Origin: Desulfobacteraceae bacterium 4572_35.1 | Lineage (GTDB): Bacteria > Desulfobacterota > Desulfuromonadia > Desulfuromonadales > Desulfuromonadaceae | Reading direction: 5' to 3' | DNA length: 64,000 bases | Assembly (NCBI GenBank): GCA_002084705.1 | Contig: NBLX01000005.1 | Span: forward strand, 3,695 to 67,694 | Shown here: piece by piece, positions 59,334 to 64,000 of the stretch | How the letters are laid out: each line of letters starts with the position of its first letter | Numbering within the stretch: the stretch's first letter is position 1 | Program-made: the position numbers and the translations under genes | Notes under the pieces: generated by a model | Database searches by the model: none | What the model was told of the DNA's origin: nothing | What the model saw: only the letters and a program-made list of their open reading frames with translations

Positions 59334-61163
59334 TTAGAACATTACATCCATGGTCAGATATGCTTGATCCATAGAATCGATTGGTGCCCAGAATTGAGCA
59401 TTCAAAGGATCGTCCAGATCATCTACATCAACAGGAGCGCCTAACCAGTTGCCACTGCCAGTATATTCGTATTCGTAGTGTTGGTAGCCAATACGCATGA
59501 ACGCTTTACACTTCTCACTCAGCAGCTCGCCAACAGGCAGGTCGTAGATGGCGTAGATCTCACCAACGTGACCGCGAGTAGCCAATTTAGCTTGAGTCAT
59601 GTCGTCGTGACCGGGGGTCATAGAGATCCAGTTTTTGGTGCCGTAGTTGTACTCTAAACCAACTTTAAGACCAAGATCGTCAAGATCGTAGCGGACGCCG
59701 GCATATACACTGTAACCATCTTTTTGGCCTGGATTTTCCCACCAAGAGCCGAGTAGGGTGGAACCCATCTCATCAACGCCATCAGGATCGGTGCGGCTCC
59801 AACCAGCAGATACGAAGTAGTTGAGGTCAGCAACTTTGTCCATGTATACTGCAGTGGTATGGAAGATGTCGCCGAGATTTTCTGTGTCTAAGATATTGTT
59901 TCCGGTACCCATGGCAATCTCCAGTGGGTTAGCGAAGGTAACGCCATCGGGTACGTTGACAATATTTGATGCCAAGAAAGATTGAATATTAGCGAAGCGG
60001 TCACCCTTGTTGATGATGTCCCAGCTGAATCCGCCGAAGTCCATGTCGTCCAGATTGTTGCCATTCTCAAGGGGACCTGCTTCGAAGCCACGACCGTAGC
60101 AGAAACGGATTTTGCTGTAGCCCATGAAGTCGAAGGGGTTGTCGAATACCATCCCTAAGGATGCGCCGTCAAAAGCATAGTCCATGAAGCTGATGGGAGT
60201 TGCCATCCGCTTGCCGGTGCCTAAACGGATGTGTGAAGGAGGTCCATCGGTGGTGGGACGACGACCAATGGAGAACCATACGGGCATTCCACCAATATTA
60301 GTCCAGTTGATATAGGCGCGATCTACCATCAATGAGCTGTCGTTTGGTTGGCGGCTGGTTTGCCCATCCATCTCGGGGAAGCTATTGAAGTAGTAAGGGC
60401 CGTTAACTGTGGGGTTAGATGTGTTGCCCCACGATTTATACATGGCCAGGCGACCTTTAAAATTGAGGTTTTCAGCAACTTGGAACTTCATCCCTAGACG
60501 GAAACGGTTGGTGAACAGGGTGTCGTTCTTGTAGTTGTTTTTTGGAGTCATGCTGTAAGTGTTGTTCATACCTAGACCCGGAAATGATGGGTCTGTTGGT
60601 GAGTTTGTTATCATAGTGTAAGCTTGTTGAGTAGCACCGGCAATTTGTGCGTTATATCCGGCTGACCCTCTAGCCATTCCCATGCCACGAAGCTGCATAT
60701 CTGCACCCATTTGTGCTAAGGACATTGGTAGGTTTTCCATCATCCCTTTGCGTTCAGCACCAGTGTAATTGCCCATCAATCCAACAATTTGTGGAACGTT
60801 CATTGGCTGACCAAAAGCGGTCATGACATTGCTCATGTCATTAACTGCGTTAGCGATATCCATTGCACCCCAGTAAGCCTTGGTGTCGGTATCACTGTAA
60901 TCAAGACGGGCACGGTAGTCGCCAAAGAACTCAAAGCGAGCGCGGTCGTCCCAAGTGGCAGACTTGTCTTCCAGCAGCTCTACAGAATCAGCATTATCGT
61001 CGCTGGCGTCCTGTACTTCTGCAACCTGTGCTTGTAGCTCTTGTAGTTGCTGAGTTAGCATTTCGATCTGCTTGGCGAGATCTGCTGTGCTGGGCGCTGC
61101 GAAAGCGCATGTTGGCACGAGCATAAGAGCCGCCAGGAACAAACCTAGTGTTCTTTTCACCAT
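59334..61163 (-). CDS. DUF3373-like outer-membrane (porin-type) protein
   Basis: Signal peptide, N-terminal coiled coil, GDYRAR, SIGRRPTTDGPP, C-terminal Phe. Confidence 0.75.
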   Translation of the reverse strand: MVKRTLGLFLAALMLVPTCAFAAPSTADLAKQIEMLTQQLQELQAQVAEVQDASDDNADSVELLEDKSATWDDRARFEFFGDYRARLDYSDTDTKAYWGAMDIANAVNDMSNVMTAFGQPMNVPQIVGLMGNYTGAERKGMMENLPMSLAQMGADMQLRGMGMARGSAGYNAQIAGATQQAYTMITNSPTDPSFPGLGMNNTYSMTPKNNYKNDTLFTNRFRLGMKFQVAENLNFKGRLAMYKSWGNTSNPTVNGPYYFNSFPEMDGQTSRQPNDSSLMVDRAYINWTNIGGMPVWFSIGRRPTTDGPPSHIRLGTGKRMATPISFMDYAFDGASLGMVFDNPFDFMGYSKIRFCYGRGFEAGPLENGNNLDDMDFGGFSWDIINKGDRFANIQSFLASNIVNVPDGVTFANPLEIAMGTGNNILDTENLGDIFHTTAVYMDKVADLNYFVSAGWSRTDPDGVDEMGSTLLGSWWENPGQKDGYSVYAGVRYDLDDLGLKVGLEYNYGTKNWISMTPGHDDMTQAKLATRGHVGEIYAIYDLPVGELLSEKCKAFMRIGYQHYEYEYTGSGNWLGAPVDVDDLDDPLNAQFWAPIDSMDQAYLTMDVMF

Positions 61164-61335
61164 GTTGTTGCCTCCTTCTGGTGTGTTTATTTTTGGGAGA
61201 AAAAGTGTTTCGGTGTCTCCCTGCTAAATTTTGTAACGTAACAGACCGTCTGTTACGTGGTCGATCAGGTGACAGCTGTCGACCTTTTTACGGTTAACGT
61301 TTGCTGTACAATTTAACTAGTCCGACTATGCGTAT

Positions 61336-61352
61336 AACAGGATGCGTGCCAG
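61336..61352 (-). promoter_or_regulatory. Putative sigma54 (-24/-12) promoter for the DUF3373-like gene
   Basis: CTGGCACGCATCCTGTT on the minus strand (perfect -24; -12 is GT instead of GC). Confidence 0.5.
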
Positions 61353-61533
61353 TTTTTGTAATTAGTTGTTTTTGCAGTTGTATTGATGAAATTAAGTTAT
61401 TTGGGGTAAATTAATGGGTGAGTGCTGCGGTTAAATGGCTGACATCGGTACGTAAAATAACCGGTTGTTTGGCGTGCTTTTACGTATGTTGGATTGGGTG
61501 ATTACTGCTGATTGTTTGATGGCTGGTTGTGAT

Positions 61534-61567
61534 CAGTACAGCCTCCGCAGTTGGGGAGGCTGTACTG
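61534..61567. terminator. Hairpin terminator after the GltD-like gene
   Basis: CAGTACAGCCTCC...GGAGGCTGTACTG. Confidence 0.7.
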
Positions 61568-61577
61568 TTTATTGATA

Positions 61578-63890
61578 TCAGACTACATTTTCCATTGTCC
61601 AGATACCGCAGGGGCAAATCCCCGAACAGATACCACAACCGATACAGAGATGATCATCGCTTACATAGTCAAAACTGCCGTCCTCTTTTTCTACCCGGCG
61701 AATGGCTGATTCGGGGCAGGTCTCTAAGCACATGGAGCAGTCTCTACAACTGCCACAGGAGATACAACGGTTGGCCTCTTGGTGACCATCAGCGAGCTGA
61801 ATCCGACCGCGATTTAAGGGGCGGAAAAGTTCTTTGCTCAACCGTTGTTGCGGAATAGCTTCAGGTTTTTTTCGTTCTACAAGCTCCAGACCGTTGAGCA
61901 GGTCGTTGCAGTAGTCGGCTGCTTCGTGACCATGGCCGATGGCGTTGGTCAGCAATCCGGGCTTGGTGGTGTCACCTATGGCAAAAACATTCTGTGCTTG
62001 TTTAACTTGCCAGCAGCCGTTGACATCCATCATGCCGCGGTCGCTAAGCCATGCATTGGGTACATAGGATAGATCTGGGCGCTCACCGATGGAGATGATA
62101 ACCATATCAGCTTCGATCAGTTCGCCATCTTTGGTGTGTAACCCTTTTTCGCTGATGTGATCTGTGAATACCGGCCAGCGCACTTCGCCGCCAAGGGCTT
62201 TTACGTGATCGATCTCTTTGTCGAAAGCTGCCGGACGCTGTACGTCTATGGTGGTTACCTTTTTTGCGCCCAGGGCGTAGGCGCCAAGGGCGACATCCAT
62301 GCCAGCATTGCCGGCACCAATAACGACCACTTTTTTGCCTACTGGGGGTTTTTCTCCGGCGTTGATTTTTTTCAGAAAGTCGAGTCCTTTAACCAGCAAA
62401 TCGTGACCGGGGAATGGGATCACGACCGGGTTGTGAGCACCGCTGGCGATGATTATAGCGTCGTTTTCTTGCTGCAGTTGCTCGAACAGCTCGGAGTCTA
62501 CTTTGGTGGCGGTTTTAACTTTGATGCCGCTGTCGAGGAGACGCTGGATCTCTGTGTTCAGGATCTCGGCAGGTAGGCGCTCGGTGGGTATAGCCTGATA
62601 CAGTTTGCCGCCGAGGCGTTTGTCGGCTTCATAGACGGTAATATCGTGCCCTTTGCGGCGCAGTTGCCATGCTGCCGACAGTCCGCCGGGGCCGCCGCCA
62701 ATAACAGCAACTTTTTTGCCGGTTGCTGCAGCACATTTCGGTGCTTTGATGTTGAGGCTCATCAATCCGAGTTGTTTCATGGATACAGCAGTATCGAGAA
62801 AGCGGCGGCTGCAAGCATCCATGCACAGATTTGGGCACACCATGCCGCACACGCTGGCTGGGAACGGGGAATATTTCAAAACCAGTTCTAGCGCTTCATC
62901 CTCTTTTCCTTCGCGTAATAATTTAAGACGCTCTTGAGTTGGGATAAATGATGGACAGGCCGACTGGCATGGGGCAGCGTAGCGTTTCTCCAGCCAGTGA
63001 GGAGTTTTTAAGCGGTCGTCACCTCTGTTTACCAGTCCGGCAACGTGGTTATAGTCGTCATCAACGATATCACCGAAAATCCCACCTTTGACCCATTTGC
63101 CGAGGCGGAATTCGTTTATTGATATTCGCTCTTTTGCATTGCGCTCTTCGTAGGTTTTGGCGACAATTTTTTTCCATTGTCCCATCTTGCTTAGGGTGTC
63201 CAGCAATTCGGGGCGCTGTATATGATCTAGATAGTTGGGCAAACCTGAAGTGAGGAATTTTTGGTCGGCCTCATCAAGTTCGACTATCCACACATCATTG
63301 GAAAGTCCGGCAACTGGACCGCGTACATAGATGGTGCCACCAACCATGCCGGTACAGGTGCGGTCACCGAGGATAGAGTCGACGTTGTCGCAGCCGATGC
63401 CGCAAATTACTGCTATCCCGCCGCTGGTAAATTCAAAGGAGAAGGAACCAGTTTTTTTCAGCACCCATAATTCTGGCGCATCGAAGGCTGGGTCGTGTTT
63501 CATTAATGAACCGCTGCGGGTACCGACTTGACCGGCGACGTATATTTTACCGCTGGCGGCACAGTGGGCGGTAGTATCACCGCTGTCGCCGAGGATGGTG
63601 AGGGTGGCTCCGGCGTTGAGCCAGCCGGCATCAGCAGGGGCTGAACCCTGAACGACAATCTCGGTGCCTTCCATGCCGAAGGAGCCGACACGCTGGCCGG
63701 GATTTTTTACGGTGAATTTAAGTGGTGAACCGTCGGCTGTCCACAAAGGACCCCCAATGTTGTGGTGGCCGGAAGAGACGACTTCAAATTCGGTTTCCCC
63801 GTTTTCTAGGGCAGTATAAAGTTCTTGTAATAATGTTTGAGTGGAGATGCGCCTGTTGTTGGCGTCAAATCCATTGATTTGTGTGGCCAT
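61578..63890 (-). CDS. Glutamate synthase-related protein: GltB domain 3 (GXGXG) + GltD-like FAD/NAD(P) oxidoreductase + 2x[4Fe-4S] ferredoxin
   Basis: beta-helix Gly repeats; PCQSACP, CGMVCPNLCMDAC; GGGPGG; GAGNAGMD; CIGCGICSGICP. Confidence 0.85.
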   Translation of the reverse strand: MATQINGFDANNRRISTQTLLQELYTALENGETEFEVVSSGHHNIGGPLWTADGSPLKFTVKNPGQRVGSFGMEGTEIVVQGSAPADAGWLNAGATLTILGDSGDTTAHCAASGKIYVAGQVGTRSGSLMKHDPAFDAPELWVLKKTGSFSFEFTSGGIAVICGIGCDNVDSILGDRTCTGMVGGTIYVRGPVAGLSNDVWIVELDEADQKFLTSGLPNYLDHIQRPELLDTLSKMGQWKKIVAKTYEERNAKERISINEFRLGKWVKGGIFGDIVDDDYNHVAGLVNRGDDRLKTPHWLEKRYAAPCQSACPSFIPTQERLKLLREGKEDEALELVLKYSPFPASVCGMVCPNLCMDACSRRFLDTAVSMKQLGLMSLNIKAPKCAAATGKKVAVIGGGPGGLSAAWQLRRKGHDITVYEADKRLGGKLYQAIPTERLPAEILNTEIQRLLDSGIKVKTATKVDSELFEQLQQENDAIIIASGAHNPVVIPFPGHDLLVKGLDFLKKINAGEKPPVGKKVVVIGAGNAGMDVALGAYALGAKKVTTIDVQRPAAFDKEIDHVKALGGEVRWPVFTDHISEKGLHTKDGELIEADMVIISIGERPDLSYVPNAWLSDRGMMDVNGCWQVKQAQNVFAIGDTTKPGLLTNAIGHGHEAADYCNDLLNGLELVERKKPEAIPQQRLSKELFRPLNRGRIQLADGHQEANRCISCGSCRDCSMCLETCPESAIRRVEKEDGSFDYVSDDHLCIGCGICSGICPCGIWTMENVV

Positions 63891-63902
63891 TTTTTATCCT
63901 CC

Positions 63903-64000
63903 TTAACACACGTACTGAATCTTTAGGCGATCAGCTACAGCTTTATCCATGGCGACCAAGGCATCGGAACGACCGATGGGCAGCGAGGAGTTGCCAATTG
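63903..64000 (-). CDS. C-terminus of an upstream gene, probably a glutamate synthase FMN-domain protein (partial)
   Basis: Reads IGNSSLPIGRSDALVAMDKAVADRLKIQYVC-stop, directly upstream of the GltB3/GltD-like gene. Confidence 0.6.
   Translation of the reverse strand, partial: IGNSSLPIGRSDALVAMDKAVADRLKIQYVC

Noticed and set aside
1-64000. CRISPR array, tRNA/rRNA genes, prophage, integrase or transposase genes
   Set aside because: No regularly spaced direct repeats, cloverleaf signatures or mobile-element ORFs seen by eye

Overview
Core-genome window from an anaerobic deltaproteobacterium, most likely Desulfuromonadales (inferred from CbcL/CbcBA-, ExtKL- and Ehr-type genes and gene order). 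Contents in order: the 3' part of an Ehr (Hyf-like, NiFe-less) membrane complex; two two-component systems and degP; housekeeping genes (prmA/rsmE, dapF, dtd, trxA, ccs-hemA-hemD-hemB, purine salvage, engB, cbiET, dus); a quinol-oxidising cytochrome island (CbcL-like, heme-motif sensor kinase, sigma54 activator, CbcA/CbcB-like); class III RNR; gatCAB; mtnA; glnE; proVWX; ttcA; a multiheme selenoprotein; a DUF3373-like outer-membrane protein; and split glutamate-synthase-like genes. No rRNA, tRNA, CRISPR array or transposase was seen. Signals the ORF track misses: (1) NrdD is split, with its glycyl-radical loop and probable fourth Zn ligand on a separate 51-aa ORF; (2) a structured RNA candidate with its own promoter lies between glnE and proV; (3) an in-frame UGA plus SECIS-like hairpin joins two ORFs into a 463-aa pentaheme selenoprotein; (4) a 19-bp TGTATA-N7-TATACA-type palindrome occurs in pairs upstream of both cytochrome b/c units; (5) two diverged copies of a REPIN-like element; (6) three apparent internal deletions (ehrL, prmA-rsmE, mtnA) that may be assembly artefacts. 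All family assignments are by motif recognition; no searches were run.
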